Source of the DNA: Nitrospirota bacterium
GTDB lineage: Bacteria > Nitrospirota > UBA9217
Assembly: GCA_963754875.1 (NCBI GenBank)
Contig: CAVWHO010000010.1
Location: 256,001-320,000, forward strand
Direction of reading: 5' to 3'
Length of the DNA: 64,000 nt
In this document: piece after piece, positions 31,340-41,515 of the stretch
How positions within the stretch are numbered: the first letter of the stretch is position 1
Layout: each line of letters starts with the position of its first letter
Translations under genes and position numbers: made by a program
The notes under the pieces: generated by a model
The model's input: only the letters and a program-made list of their open reading frames with translations
What the model was told of the DNA's origin: nothing
Database searches by the model: none

Positions 31340-31831
31340 CTATGGTCGCTTCAGCAGCTCTTTTATTTCTTTTTCGTATATTGGGACGAATTCTTTGCCG
31401 AATCCCCGGTGAACGTATTGGATGATCCCGTCTCGTCCCACGATGACGCCCGTTGGCAGACCGGTCACGCGATAGGCTTCATTCACATCGCCTTTGTCGA
31501 GGAGGATCGGAAAGCTTACCGGGACTTTGTGCAGGAAGGCTTCAACGTCCTTTTGGGAATCGTCTACGCTGATGCCGATGACCTGAAAGCCGTCCTTGAC
31601 GAATTTTTTGTGCAACCCCTCAAGCGCGGGCAGTTCATCCCTGCAGGGAATGCACCAGGGCGCCCAGAAGTCCAGGAACACGACTGTTCCCTTGAACTGG
31701 TCGAGCGTCACAGTGTTGCCGTTCACGTTTGGAAGACGGAATGCCGGCGCTGCTGATCCTATCTGTCCCGGATAAGAAACAACCGGGAACAGGATTAACA
31801 GGCTGAATATGACAATAGTAGTTTTTATCAT
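31340..31831 (-). CDS. TlpA-family disulfide reductase
   Basis: APAFRL, FLDFWAPWCIPCRDELPAL, GISVD, GLPT. Confidence 0.92.
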   Translation of the reverse strand: MIKTTIVIFSLLILFPVVSYPGQIGSAAPAFRLPNVNGNTVTLDQFKGTVVFLDFWAPWCIPCRDELPALEGLHKKFVKDGFQVIGISVDDSQKDVEAFLHKVPVSFPILLDKGDVNEAYRVTGLPTGVIVGRDGIIQYVHRGFGKEFVPIYEKEIKELLKRP

Positions 31832-32095
31832 CCTTCTATTTCCACAAGGGTATTTCAGGCCAGCGGCAACCACCCTCGCCCGTCTGCCTTCAAAATAACG
31901 TTATTTTTTGCAGATGGCGGCTATCAATCGGTCTGGTCGATGGATAGGGTGGCTATTTCCGAAGTGGAGCCAAGCTTAAAAGAGGAGGTCGGCTATGACT
32001 GCCCGGCCTCGGAGATGCCGTGTACAGGCGTACACAAGTATGTGTGCGTACCTGTTGCGGAGCACAAGCTGACAGACTTCGGTTAGGAATGCAGA

Positions 32096-32380
32096 TCAGA
32101 CTTTCGGAGGACGTTCGTCTTGAAAGGCAATGAAGAAAGGTTTGAAACGAGGATTTACCAGTTCAGCAAAAGCGTTCTGGGGCAATGGGAGAGGCCGGCA
32201 CGGGCATTCGCTCATGCAGGGCATGTCACCGCTCGTCGAAAGGGCCGGCGTTGATGAGTGGCAGACGTCAAGAATTCCAATCGCACTGTGGCCATCGTGC
32301 AAAAACGTCATCGGCAACGAAGGAGGACCGACAATGCTGAGCGCGATTGCCAGGAGAACGATGACTGCTTGCCATCTCAT
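32096..32380 (-). CDS. Small exported DUF2946-like (CutF/CruR-type) protein ending in RPP
   Basis: Signal peptide, LDVCH, CMSECPC, Pro-rich linker, C-terminal ERPPKV; first gene of the cluster. Confidence 0.7.
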   Translation of the reverse strand: MRWQAVIVLLAIALSIVGPPSLPMTFLHDGHSAIGILDVCHSSTPALSTSGDMPCMSECPCRPLPLPQNAFAELVNPRFKPFFIAFQDERPPKV

Positions 32381-32386
32381 AGAGAC

Positions 32387-32415
32387 ACTATAATAATATT
32401 AAACAGGGCTGTCAA
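32387..32415 (-). promoter_or_regulatory. Sigma-70 promoter, apparently giving a leaderless mRNA
   Basis: Minus strand TTGACA-17 nt-TATAGT, then 6 nt, then the ATG at 32380; no SD sequence. Confidence 0.75.
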
Positions 32416-32615
32416 TATAAAATTAACATTGTGGCCTTTGTTTTCGTTAAAGCATTGATTTTCCATTCGCCGAATGTGTAAAACAGTAGCTCCCCGGAAG
32501 GCCGGTGAGGTATTTCCTCCGAAAGGTGGGGACTACGGACAAGACAGCCCCTCCGTAATTTGCGCAACTGCCGACGGATCATGAGTACGGAGCCAGCCCG
32601 GATCGGTGCCGCCCC

Positions 32616-33548
32616 TCAAGGAAAAATCGGCTTCCCGATGCTCTTCGGGAAAAGATCATCGATGAAGAGGTGAAATAATGCGAACAACCCTGTGCCCGCT
32701 CCTGACCGCGAGTTCATGGGAATCTCGGCGGCGAGGCCCAGTTCTGTATATTTGCCGATCCAGGCGATCCCCGGGTTGACCGTTGAGGTCGTCTGGTTTT
32801 TACAGTCTGTGTTCAGGCAGGTCTCATTGGGAAATTCTACGACCGCGACCATCCTGTTGAGCGGCGTGCCTAGCCCTACGTCTTTCACTGCCGACTGGAG
32901 ATACATCAGACTGTATTGGACTGTGAATGACCAGGTGAGTGAAGTCGGATTGTCGATATTGTCGGTTGTCTTTTCCGTGGGGAAGTTTTCGCCAACGACC
33001 CCGGTGATCGCGAAAGGCCTCAGATAGCCGACCGATGCCGGCAGATCACCGAATCCTTTTCCAAAATAGAGCGCAGGGGATATGGTCGAAAACGTGTCGG
33101 CACCGATCTTGCGGGAACCAGTGTGGCCGATCTCATCGGACACACCCACGGAAAGAATGGTCTCGTGTTCCGCGTTTGTGTAGAATTGATATTTCAGATT
33201 TACTCCGAGATTTCCGAAACCGCTCTCCGTGCCATCCCCATCCGTGTGCAGGCTCTGGTAGGATTCATCTATTTCGATCCCGAAGGAGGGTGTGATGCGT
33301 TTGGAATATCCTAAATCCAGCGACGAAGTCTGTATCTGCGGACCGCCCCCATCATCATTTATCTTTATGGTGTTATAGAGCGCAGAAAATTCGTCAGAAA
33401 TGAACGGATCATCGACGGCAAAGGTTGTGGGGAAAAACCGCTGACCGGCTACTCCATGGGCGAACGAGGTTGCCGGTAGTGCAATGAGGAACATAATTAT
33501 TGTTGTGCAGACTAAGTAAGGCAGCAAATCCCTTGTAATCGTTTTCAC
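32616..33548 (-). CDS. Putative outer-membrane beta-barrel protein with mature N-terminal His
   Basis: Signal peptide SFA then HGVAGQRFFPTTFAVDDP, GFGNL..LKYQF, YFGKGFGDLP; GTG start. Confidence 0.7.
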   Translation of the reverse strand: MKTITRDLLPYLVCTTIIMFLIALPATSFAHGVAGQRFFPTTFAVDDPFISDEFSALYNTIKINDDGGGPQIQTSSLDLGYSKRITPSFGIEIDESYQSLHTDGDGTESGFGNLGVNLKYQFYTNAEHETILSVGVSDEIGHTGSRKIGADTFSTISPALYFGKGFGDLPASVGYLRPFAITGVVGENFPTEKTTDNIDNPTSLTWSFTVQYSLMYLQSAVKDVGLGTPLNRMVAVVEFPNETCLNTDCKNQTTSTVNPGIAWIGKYTELGLAAEIPMNSRSGAGTGLFALFHLFIDDLFPKSIGKPIFP

Positions 33549-33909
33549 GGCATCCCCCTTCATAAAAGAGCATAACATAAAACCAACGTATTACAAGCAG
33601 GCGACGAGATAAATGTTATCACCGTTTTTGCCAGATTAACAAACACGACCCGACGTAATGCTATAAACTTTTGCTCACTCTATGGTGAGTTGAAGCCAGA
33701 AAATTGGAGTGGATAAAAAACCGAACAATCAACTGCTTAATCTATTTGTTCTATGGAGCGACAATTTTTCTACGTACCCTTAAAATACCCTTATCGGGCG
33801 ATTGCCACTGACCTGAAAATTAATTAGTATCTCTCCACAATGGATATTGGGATCTATGCCGGCTCAACCGTAAAAGTTTAATCCCACCAGCAGCAATAGA
33901 GGTGCAGCT

Positions 33910-34404
33910 ATGAACAGGGAACATATCCCGATTAGAATGATACCGTTTCCAAGCTTCAATGCCAGCGGCATGCCCCTAGCGTCAGATTCAGGATCCTATG
34001 ACGCCTATCTGACTGTTGCCGATGTTGAACAGGTTACCGGATTGACAGGGGTAAAGCAAGTTCAATTTAATCCCCTCCAGTTCCTCGGGAGCGACTTGAA
34101 TTTCGTCGCCAACGATGGAAGCAAGATCCTCAGTGTCGAGTTTTCGAACGTCCGTCATTACAACACGTACAAGGTGTTCGTGCCGAAAAACATTAAGATA
34201 CTTCTTCACGAAATCGGAGACGAAGCATTTGTCGGTCCTGACATCGAGAACCGGATGCCCTATCTGCTTGTGTTTCGTCAAGGGAACTACGCCATTTCAC
34301 TGACTGCAGCCACTACCTGCGATGCTAAAAAAAATATGCTGACCCTCGAGCAGCTCATCAGTATTGGAAAGATCATTGCAACAAGGCTTGCAAACGCGGC
34401 ATAG
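33910..34404 (+). CDS. Hypothetical protein
   Basis: 164-aa ORF with GAGG RBS and globular composition (LTVADVEQVTG, IGDEAFVG). Confidence 0.6.
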   Translation: MNREHIPIRMIPFPSFNASGMPLASDSGSYDAYLTVADVEQVTGLTGVKQVQFNPLQFLGSDLNFVANDGSKILSVEFSNVRHYNTYKVFVPKNIKILLHEIGDEAFVGPDIENRMPYLLVFRQGNYAISLTAATTCDAKKNMLTLEQLISIGKIIATRLANAA

Positions 34405-34495
34405 TCTCCTTCTCAAACAAGAAGACCCATTCATGAACCAGGGAACAGTCTGCCGCCCATTTCCCCCTCCGAGTTGCCCCGGGAAGTCGTTCCTC

Positions 34496-35167
34496 TCATC
34501 GTTTTCTCTTGTCGATCGCCTTTTTTGCGTAGGGGTAAACTGTTTCTGTGACTATTCGGTATCCCTGTGCCGTCGGGTGAATCCCGTCGGCCTGGTTGAG
34601 GGACGGGTCACCTGCGAGGCCTGCAAGAAAAAAGGGGACCAGAAGCAGATTATATTTCTTTGCCACTGCGGGATAGTTGGCGTAGAATGCATCGGTATAC
34701 CTGTGCCCCAAATTTGTGACCATGCGCATGCCTGCAAGTATCACGACAACATTGTTCTCTTTCAGAATGCGAACAATTTCGTCGATATTCTTTCTGGTAA
34801 TGCGCGGGTCGATGCCCCGAAGACCGTCATTGGCGCCGGTTTCAAGAATGACGATATCGGGTTTGAGTTTCAGCACCCAGCGGACACGCGAGAGGGCGCC
34901 GCTGCTCGTTTCCCCGCTGATGCCCGCGTTGATGACCCGCCAGTTATATCCCGTGGACCTGAGCTTCTTCTCAAGCCGGGCGGGATAAGCGTTATCTTCA
35001 TCGACGCCCAAACCCGCAGTAAGACTATCGCCTACGGCGACAATCGTGCCTTCAAAAGCAGGCTGTGGAGGGTGTACCGCGGGAGTTGGTTCGTTGTGCC
35101 GTTCACATCCGATAAGAAAGAGCAAAAGAAGAATCAATGCCGTTAACCGCAGTATCAAACCATTCAT
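34496..35167 (-). CDS. tesA: Arylesterase/acyl-CoA thioesterase I (SGNH/GDSL), lipoprotein
   Basis: GDSLTAG, NAGISGETS, GANDGLRG, DGIHP; lipobox LIGC. Confidence 0.92.
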   Translation of the reverse strand: MNGLILRLTALILLLLFLIGCERHNEPTPAVHPPQPAFEGTIVAVGDSLTAGLGVDEDNAYPARLEKKLRSTGYNWRVINAGISGETSSGALSRVRWVLKLKPDIVILETGANDGLRGIDPRITRKNIDEIVRILKENNVVVILAGMRMVTNLGHRYTDAFYANYPAVAKKYNLLLVPFFLAGLAGDPSLNQADGIHPTAQGYRIVTETVYPYAKKAIDKRKR

Positions 35168-35255
35168 AATTTACCCCATTTCAACATGCAACTACTAACT
35201 GATGTCTACAGCCCTACTGTGTATAACCGTGTTCATGTAGGGTCGTCCTGGCGTA

Positions 35256-37875
35256 TCACTCCTCAGTCTGTTCCCGAAGGAACGCTGCCGGCCTTTGCCG
35301 TATGATTGAGAGGGAGGCCGCGAGACCGACAACAATTACGAGACCGGTCGTTGCGAGGACCATCACGGTACTTATGCCAGCCAAGACATTGTAGGATACG
35401 TCGAGAGCGTGCCTACAGACAAGCCAACTTACCGCCTGGGAGAGAACGAGCGCGATGAGGCCGCTTGCGAGCCCGATAAGCAGGCTTTCCACGGCAAAGA
35501 CGGACAGGACGAATCGGCCCCGGGCACCCAGGATCGTGAAATAGACAGCTTCCTGGATGCGCGTATAGCGTGTGGCGAACACGGAGCTTATAATGATAAG
35601 AATGCCGGCGACGACGCTGAAGAGCGTGAAGAAGCGGACGATCAGCGTGAGCCGTTCCATGACCCGGGCGAATACTCTCACGGTCTCCGTCACGTCGATG
35701 ACGCTCACGTTCGGGAAACGGGAAACAATACGATTTTGTAGCGGGGCAATCTGTTTTTTACCCACGCGCACGGCGGTGAAGACCGTCTGGGGAGCGTCCT
35801 TGAGTACCCGATCGGGGAAAACGAAGTAAAAGTAGGGCTGGAGTGCAGCGTGTGTCCTGGTCCTTATGCTCGAAATCCTGGCCTCGATCGGGACCCCCTG
35901 GATGTTGAACGTGATCCGGTCGCCGATTTTCATATCTCGCATGTTCAGCACTGTGTCAAGGACCGACACCTGCGCCTCCGTCCAGTCATTACGAAAAAGC
36001 TTTTTTCCTGCGACGATCCGTTCGTCTTCCAGCAGACCTTCCCGATAGGTCAGATTGAACTCTCGTGCCAGGTTATCACCTCGTTTTTGCCGCTCCGCGT
36101 CCCGGTCGATCGGCTCGTTGTTCACTGCCGTGATGGTCCCCCGGACAACAGGGTAGTATGTGGCCGGGATCGCCAGGAATCGGCTGAATGCGTTCTGCTG
36201 GTCCGGCTGGATATCGATGAAGAACAGGTTGGGGGCATCGGGGGGGTAAGACCGGACGAAAGTCGCGTCGAGGTTCTTCTCCACAAGGGTGATTGAGAAA
36301 ATGACCGCCAATGAAGCGGTAAGAGTGACGATGATCGACCTCGTCGCGTTCCCGGGACGGAACAGTCCTTTTAAAGCCTGCCGCAGTATAAGGTCCTTTG
36401 TTTGCAGCATTGTCGCCAAACGGAGAATTGCCTCGGAGCAGATGACGGAGATGAGTACGAGAAGACCGACTCCGATGACAAAGTACAGTCCTGTTTTTAT
36501 CTCGCGTATCCGCCAGAGGACCATGGCAATGAAAAAGATAATGCTTGCGCCGCCGGTGAGCCATGTTGCGCGGCTCTTGGCCTGCCGCTGGTCTTCCTTG
36601 CCGAAAATGGACCGTGGTTTGATCTCTTTGAGACGGTAAAGAGGGAGCAGGGTGAACAGAATCACCACGAGAGAACCGATTATGAGACCTTCCGCCACAG
36701 CTCCCCGGGGTATGGTCATTTCCACGTTGGCGGGAATGAGCCCGCGAAAGATGTACGGGAGAATTTTTTCAAGAAAAAAACTCGCGGCGAGTCCGAGGAG
36801 CGTCCCGACGGAGCCGAGGACTGCCACGATAATGAAATAATGAGTGATGATAAAACGGCTGCTGGACCCCACTGCTTTCATGATGGCGATGGTCCGCTCC
36901 TGTTCCTTCAGAAAAGCGGTAAGAGAGCTCTGGATGCCTATCCCGGCGAGGAGCAGCGTAAATATCCCTATGAGGTTGAGAAAAAAAAGGAAATTGTCGA
37001 AGAAACGTTTCACTCCGGAATCGGCTGTCCGAAAGGTTTCTACACGTTCACGATCCTTGTTTGATGCGGCCCGGAGTTGATCGGTAATCCGGTCCAGCTC
37101 CGTCTCATGCAGGACTTTAATGAGGATGGTGTAATTCACCCTGCTTCCCTTTCCCACAAGGTCAAGAGAGGGGATGTCAGCTGTGGAAATGAAGGTCCGC
37201 GGGCCAAGGGCAAAGAAATTTACCGGCCGGTCAGGCTCCTGGAGCACGACGTCACGGATGGTAAGGCGGGCGCTTCCAACCCTGAGACTGTCGCCAAGTT
37301 TGAGGTGGAGGCGGTCGAGAAGTGACTGTTCAACAACGATGTTGCCCCGGGTCAGCATGTTCCCGAAGGGCGCCCCGGAGGCGAGCTCCAGAGTGCCGTA
37401 GAAAGGGTAGCCGGGGTCCACCACCTTGATCCCGGACAGGAGGGATTCTTGATTTTCATAGGCAGCGGCTGTCTGAGGCGTTCCTGCGCTCCGTCCCTCG
37501 GCGGTTTCCTGAAGCGCTTGCCCGTTTGACCTTGTTGTTTTCCCCTTTTTTCCCCCGGGATACGGCCCTCCTCGCATTCCTGTCAGTCTGCACAACCGAG
37601 TAGAATTCGTAGACGCGCGCGCTTTCTATTGCTTTTCGCTTTTCCAGAGAGTCGAGCTCGTCGAGAAGACCCGATGAGAACGGGGCATGCGAATGGATAA
37701 TAATATCGGCGGCATGGAGGGCCCGGGCATCATGGAGAAAAGACGTGTGTACACTCCTGCTGAACCCGCCCAGAGACACCAGCGTTATCATGGACAAGAT
37801 AACGCAGAGGACCAAGACGGCTGACTGGTGCATTGATCCGGCGATTTGGCGGCGAATAAAATGAATATTAAGCAT
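35256..37875 (-). CDS. YbbP-like double-FtsX ABC permease, frameshifted near 37530-37560
   Basis: N-terminus in ORF 37456-37875, remainder (KVVDPGYPFYG, PNLFFIDIQPDQ, REFNLTY) in ORF 35256-37595; the break falls near a G5-A6-G4-A4 homopolymer cluster. Confidence 0.85.
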
Positions 37876-38548
37876 GGGCGACGTCCGTGTTGATTATCCC
37901 ATCACGGAGGGTGACGACCCGGTCGGCTTTTGCGGCGATTTCCTGGTTATGCGTGACCAGGACTAGGGTGGTCTTCCGTTCGCGGTGGAGCTCAAGAAGC
38001 AAATTCAGGACGGCCCTGCCATTTACCGAGTCGAGGTTGCCAGTCGGCTCATCTGCAAAGATGATCCGCGGATCGTTGACCAGGGCGCGGCAGATGGCGC
38101 AGCGCTGCTTTTCGCCGCCCGACAGCTGATGGGGAAAACTGGCTGCACGTTCGATAAGTCCGACACGGGTGAGCAGGGCCTCCGCCTTCTCACGGGCGCG
38201 GAGATCTCTCCGCAGTTCAGCGGGGAACATGACGTTTTCCAGGGTCGTCAGGGAGGGGACCAGGTGAAACGATTGGAAAACGAAACCAAAGGTGGTATTT
38301 CTGAGCGGAGCGAGCTCGTCTTCATGAAGATTGGTGATGTCCCTTCCTTCGATCAGGACACGGCCCTGGTCGGTCGTGTCAAGCCCCGAGAGAATCGACA
38401 GAAGTGTTGATTTCCCACTGCCGCTTTCACCTTCCACAACAAGAAATTCACCTCGGGCGACTGAAAGCGAAACATCGTCGAGAACCGTGATTCTCCGGTT
38501 GCCGATTGTGTAGGTCTTGGAAATATTGTTCACTTCGAGGATAGACAT
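37868..38548 (-). CDS. YbbA-like ABC ATP-binding protein
   Basis: [34 protein letters not shown]; adjacent to ybbP-like and tesA genes. Confidence 0.93.
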   Translation of the reverse strand: MSILEVNNISKTYTIGNRRITVLDDVSLSVARGEFLVVEGESGSGKSTLLSILSGLDTTDQGRVLIEGRDITNLHEDELAPLRNTTFGFVFQSFHLVPSLTTLENVMFPAELRRDLRAREKAEALLTRVGLIERAASFPHQLSGGEKQRCAICRALVNDPRIIFADEPTGNLDSVNGRAVLNLLLELHRERKTTLVLVTHNQEIAAKADRVVTLRDGIINTDVAHA

Positions 38549-38796
38549 GAATGCTCCGTGTAGAGAAAAAGTGTCCGCGTTGGAAGGGCTCGGGTGTTCC
38601 TGCACCATTCTGGTAAATAGTAACATCCCTGAAGAAGGTAGTCAATTCCCGGATATGAGCAGGCAGTACAACTCCACGGCAAATTACCGCTGCAATTGAC
38701 TTCATAAGGGATTACAGGTAGAATAAAGACCGTAAAGACCATGAACAAACCATACTGAAATTTACCGGGAAAACCCTCTTCCGAACAGGTCCGCCA

Positions 38797-39486
38797 ATGA
38801 AAAAGGTACTGCTGACGAATGATATAAAAAAACTCTTTACCGACCAAGGCAACTTTCTTGATCGTTCGGACATTAAGGTATTAACTGCGGCCACGAACGC
38901 CGAGTTACTGAAGATCCACCGGGAGAAAAAGGTAGATCTCATTGTTACCCAGTTGGAGGCGCCGGGGATCAAGAGCGAAAAAGTCTTTGACATCATCAGA
39001 GAGAACGAGGAACTGCGAAAAGTTTCCGTCATTATAATCTGCAATGATACTCTCGCGCACCGTGAGCGCTGCAAGCTGTGCCGTCCTAATGCGGTTTTTA
39101 GCATACCTGTTGATTTGCCCTTACTTTTCATAAAAATGCAGCAACTTCTCGATATTGCGCCGAGAAAGCACTATCGGGCCGCTCTCGCAGTCGGTATCCA
39201 AGGCAAATTCAAGGACCGGCCGCTTCCGTTTTGGACAGAAAATATCAGTGCCAGCGGCATGCTGATCAAGGCCGAGGAGCCCCTGTCAAAAGGCGATGGG
39301 ATTTTTTTCTCATTCTTTCTGCCTGACGGGACGCATGTCAGCGGATATGGGGAAATTACCCGCGTCAATCTTCCAGGAACGGAAGAAGGTACTTATCTTG
39401 ACGGGATCAAGTTTACCACCATAGACCCGGGGATTCGGTCAGCTATAGAAGCTGTTGTAAAGAAGAAAATACGGACATTGTCCTGA
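38797..39486 (+). CDS. Pseudo-receiver domain plus PilZ domain protein
   Basis: CheY-like N-terminus (DLIVTQLEAP, Gln at the phospho-Asp position); PilZ RKHYR and NISASG motifs. Confidence 0.82.
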   Translation: MKKVLLTNDIKKLFTDQGNFLDRSDIKVLTAATNAELLKIHREKKVDLIVTQLEAPGIKSEKVFDIIRENEELRKVSVIIICNDTLAHRERCKLCRPNAVFSIPVDLPLLFIKMQQLLDIAPRKHYRAALAVGIQGKFKDRPLPFWTENISASGMLIKAEEPLSKGDGIFFSFFLPDGTHVSGYGEITRVNLPGTEEGTYLDGIKFTTIDPGIRSAIEAVVKKKIRTLS

Positions 39487-39752
39487 TCCTGAGAGTGAAA
39501 TCGGTTTACAAAGTTTGCTATTATCGGCAGAGAGGAGACTGGTGGGCAACTTTCTGCTGCCGATTGGGACCGAACGGTACGGGAGTTGCCCTCAAGAGAT
39601 TATTAAGAAGTGCGATAGATTTTCTGAAATGGTTGATAATGCGTGAACAACAAGAAGTAAACCTGTTTTTGGTGTTGGCTGGAAATAGGGTAATGTGGCT
39701 GCCCTGCGGCACCTGATCATAAATAGGCGCAGGCATAAAAACAAGAGATAAA

Positions 39753-39781
39753 GCCTTGGGACTAAACTCAGGGCCTTTTTT
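39753..39781 (+). terminator. Intrinsic terminator-like hairpin
   Basis: gccttggg-actaaa-ctcagggc followed by cttttttt-like T run. Confidence 0.6.
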
Positions 39782-39885
39782 ATGCGCGTAAAATGTAAAA
39801 ATTAACCAGATACTTAAGTAGGATTGTGAACACAATATTATGCAGTAGTCTTTGGAGTACCCAGCTTAGAAGCTGAATAAGAAGC

Positions 39886-39914
39886 TTGACAGATGTGACG
39901 TAAGAGATTATCCT
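39886..39914 (+). promoter_or_regulatory. Sigma-70 promoter candidate upstream of the methyltransferase
   Basis: TTGACA-17 nt-TATCCT, immediately followed by the inverted repeat atccaa...ttggat (39915-39945). Confidence 0.6.
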
Positions 39915-40313
39915 ATCCAAAAAATGAAACCAATTTTTATTGGATTCTATCTCGAATTTGCACCCTCCTTCCTAAGACAGATTTCATTGAACTGAATTTT
40001 ATTTTAGCCTCGAAAACAGACGAATCGACTGACTGCGAGGCTGCTACAAAACAATGAAGTGCTTCGCAGGCATGCTAACCCGCTCCGCTTAGCATCGGGA
40101 AGAATATTTTACACGAGCATTTTTATTCATGAGCAAATATTTGATCTGATGGCGTACCCGGCATCCGAACAGCTTGACTGCATCCCAGGTTGCCGAACCG
40201 AAATTCATCTGTTGACTGATGCAACAAGTAGCTCACGGCGGGAGGGAGGCACAGCATACTTAAAGCCCAGGGATAGTCGACGCCGGACAGAATAATTCAC
40301 AAGGAGGATAATC

Positions 40314-41366
40314 ATGGAGAATCTAGGGACCTATCGAGGGGAAGAGGTTAAACGTGGCATCGGGTTTGTTGAGGAAAGAGCAAACCGGTATACCGCACTT
40401 CTTTACGCAAAAACAGAGCAATACCTCAAAGAGCTGAGAGATTTTGAAGTGAGATGTTCTCAGCCAGGGGCGGACGGGGAGAAACTGCTTGAAGAGATGA
40501 CAGCCCTGAATGAGTCGATGCTGCAAGCCTGTGCACAATTTGAACATGACGTGAACGATACATTTATCATTAAATCAGCACAGGTCGATTTCCGGGAAAA
40601 AACAAATCCTATCCTGTCCAAAAGCTATTGCATCAACCGGGCCAGGGTATGGCCTCAAGGTCATCAGGGAGATTACAATACCTTGGAAATTGCGTACAAG
40701 AATTCACCAATGTCCGACGGCATAGGATATTACCTGGACAAGTACGCGTTCAAGACGACAATTGCAGTCGCCGTGAGAGAACGGATCGTGACCCTGCGGG
40801 AACTTCTGAGAAAAGAGCTTATCAACAGGCGCGGGCAGAAAGTCCTCGACGTGGCCTGTGGTTCCTGCCGAGAGGTCTTCGAATTGGCACCCGAGATCAA
40901 AGCATCAGGTGCCAAGTTCACTTGTGTTGATTTGGACGCCGATGCCCTGGATTTCGCCCTTGATCGTTTCGCGCTTGCAGGCCTTTCGGAAGATTACGTG
41001 GAATTGCGCAAATACAACGCTCTCAGGATATTCGACTACGAGACAGCGGTCACGGAATTCGGAATGCAGGACATTATCTACAGCGTCGGCTATTTTGATT
41101 ATCTCCCCGACGATTTCCTCGTGAGATTGTTGAGTTCACTGTATAAGATGCTCACGCCTGGTGGAAAACTCATTGCAGCCTTCAAAGACGTCAATCGTTA
41201 CCGTCCGCAATTTTACCACTGGATCGTCAATTGGGACGGGTTCCTGCAGCGCGCCGAGGCCGATTTCGAAAGATTGCTTCAAATCGCCAAAATCCCCGGC
41301 AGTGCTATATCGATGTCCCGCGTCGATTCGGGGGCAGTTATCTTCTACTCTATCACGAAAGAGTGA
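40314..41366 (+). CDS. Class I SAM-dependent methyltransferase, PhcB-like (fatty acid methyl ester signal synthase family)
   Basis: RARVWPQGHQGDYNTLEIAY (compare the R...kP.GY.GDy motif of PhcB-like proteins), AVRER, VLDVACGSCRE, DIIYSVGYFDYL, LTPGG; AAGGAGG RBS. Confidence 0.78.
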   Translation: MENLGTYRGEEVKRGIGFVEERANRYTALLYAKTEQYLKELRDFEVRCSQPGADGEKLLEEMTALNESMLQACAQFEHDVNDTFIIKSAQVDFREKTNPILSKSYCINRARVWPQGHQGDYNTLEIAYKNSPMSDGIGYYLDKYAFKTTIAVAVRERIVTLRELLRKELINRRGQKVLDVACGSCREVFELAPEIKASGAKFTCVDLDADALDFALDRFALAGLSEDYVELRKYNALRIFDYETAVTEFGMQDIIYSVGYFDYLPDDFLVRLLSSLYKMLTPGGKLIAAFKDVNRYRPQFYHWIVNWDGFLQRAEADFERLLQIAKIPGSAISMSRVDSGAVIFYSITKE

Positions 41367-41448
41367 TTTGCTGTGTGGTGGAAATACCTGATGGCACGAT
41401 GAACGCAGGGAAGGGCATGCTCCCTTGAGCAAGCAGCAAGGTTTTGCC

Positions 41449-41477
41449 TTGTAAAGGCTGGGGAACCGTGTTATAAA
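41449..41477 (+). promoter_or_regulatory. Sigma-70 promoter candidate (extended -10) for the fab/PKS operon
   Basis: TTGTAA-17 nt-TATAAA with TGn immediately before the -10. Confidence 0.55.
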
Positions 41478-41515
41478 TGTCACGTTAGACCATCCACTCA
41501 TTTCGGGAGCAGGGC

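Noticed and set aside
40140..40300. c-di-GMP or other known riboswitch in the methyltransferase leader
   Set aside because: Could not find the conserved GEMM elements (GNRA loop, receptor, GCAAA) in the right order
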